From Heptranchias perlo (Eukaryota), in NCBI RefSeq assembly GCF_035084215.1, contig NC_090346.1, positions 47,244,001 through 47,308,000 of the forward strand: a DNA stretch of 64,000 nt, in the 5' to 3' direction. The notes beneath the pieces were generated by a model that had not been told where the DNA came from, did not search any database, and saw only the letters and a list, made by a program, of their open reading frames with translations. The translations under genes and the position numbers were made by a program. Positions 63,601-64,000 of this stretch are shown one piece after another. Positions within the stretch are counted from its first letter, which is position 1, and each line of letters begins with the position of its first letter.

Positions 63601-64000
63601 AGACGTGCCCAACGTGGCCCTCATCCTGATGGCCACTTTCGTGTGCGGCTGCATCAAGCTTTGCGTGGACCCTTGGTATGCATACACAGTGTCACTACGT
63701 GCTGAGGTTCTACCTATCCCCGGTGTTACGAAGGATGGGCCTGGCCACGCTGCCACGGAATGCTCCGTCCAGTTGGACTGTTCCGCCCCACCTGTCCTCC
63801 GTTGAAAAGTTTATGCAAAAAAACACCTTCGACCACAAGGCGATCAGTAAGTGGTCCGCACGTAACGTCCTCGAGACCCTGCGGGAAAAGGAGATAATGG
63901 ATCCTGCCAGTTGGTTCCCCGAGCAGATTGTCAATGTCATTTGGCAGAACACCTCATCGCCAGAGCTCTCAAACAAGCACCAAGACATAGCTTGGCTGGT
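60697..64000 (+). mobile_element. L1/Tx1-clade LINE (ORF1 tail plus disrupted ORF2), running off the window end
   Basis: ORF1-like frame ends at 61063; ORF2 starts at 61065 with MGLKVASINVRSIK...LFLQE; GGDFN, FSDH, WKLN, PGIDGL, GVRQGCPLS and YMDD present. Several stops and frameshifts; 5' boundary approximate. Confidence 0.9.

Overview
This is vertebrate genomic DNA, most likely from a shark or other elasmobranch, inferred from the repeat families: DeuSINE/SacSINE1-type SINEs, abundant CR1 and L2 LINEs, a Tx1-type LINE and a Neptune-type Penelope element. The only host gene I can support is the 5' end of BAIAP2L1 (IRTKS, I-BAR/IMD family) on the + strand. It has a CpG-island promoter at about 47.2-47.46 kb, coding exon 1 at 47643-47693 and coding exon 2 at 51518-51593, and intron 2 runs past the window end. 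The first 47 kb are repeat-rich upstream or intergenic DNA with a 29-bp palindromic minisatellite and a 179-N gap. The most interesting signal is a Penelope-like (PLE) system. A 5'-truncated GIY-YIG-encoding element at 43982-44882 carries a minimal type I hammerhead-ribozyme motif in its 3' end. Two tiny non-coding fold-back insertions with target-site duplications (TSDs) share that 3' end, and a third fold-back insertion belongs to a second hammerhead-bearing family. The fold-back points cluster at the ribozyme. Also notable are a 146-bp perfect duplication around a short CR1 insertion, a perfect 54-bp-arm hairpin about 1.1 kb upstream of the promoter, a CR1 subfamily with a doubled 3' UTR, and a roughly 750-bp MITE family. 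All repeat-family names come from motif recall, not database searches, and most repeat boundaries are approximate.
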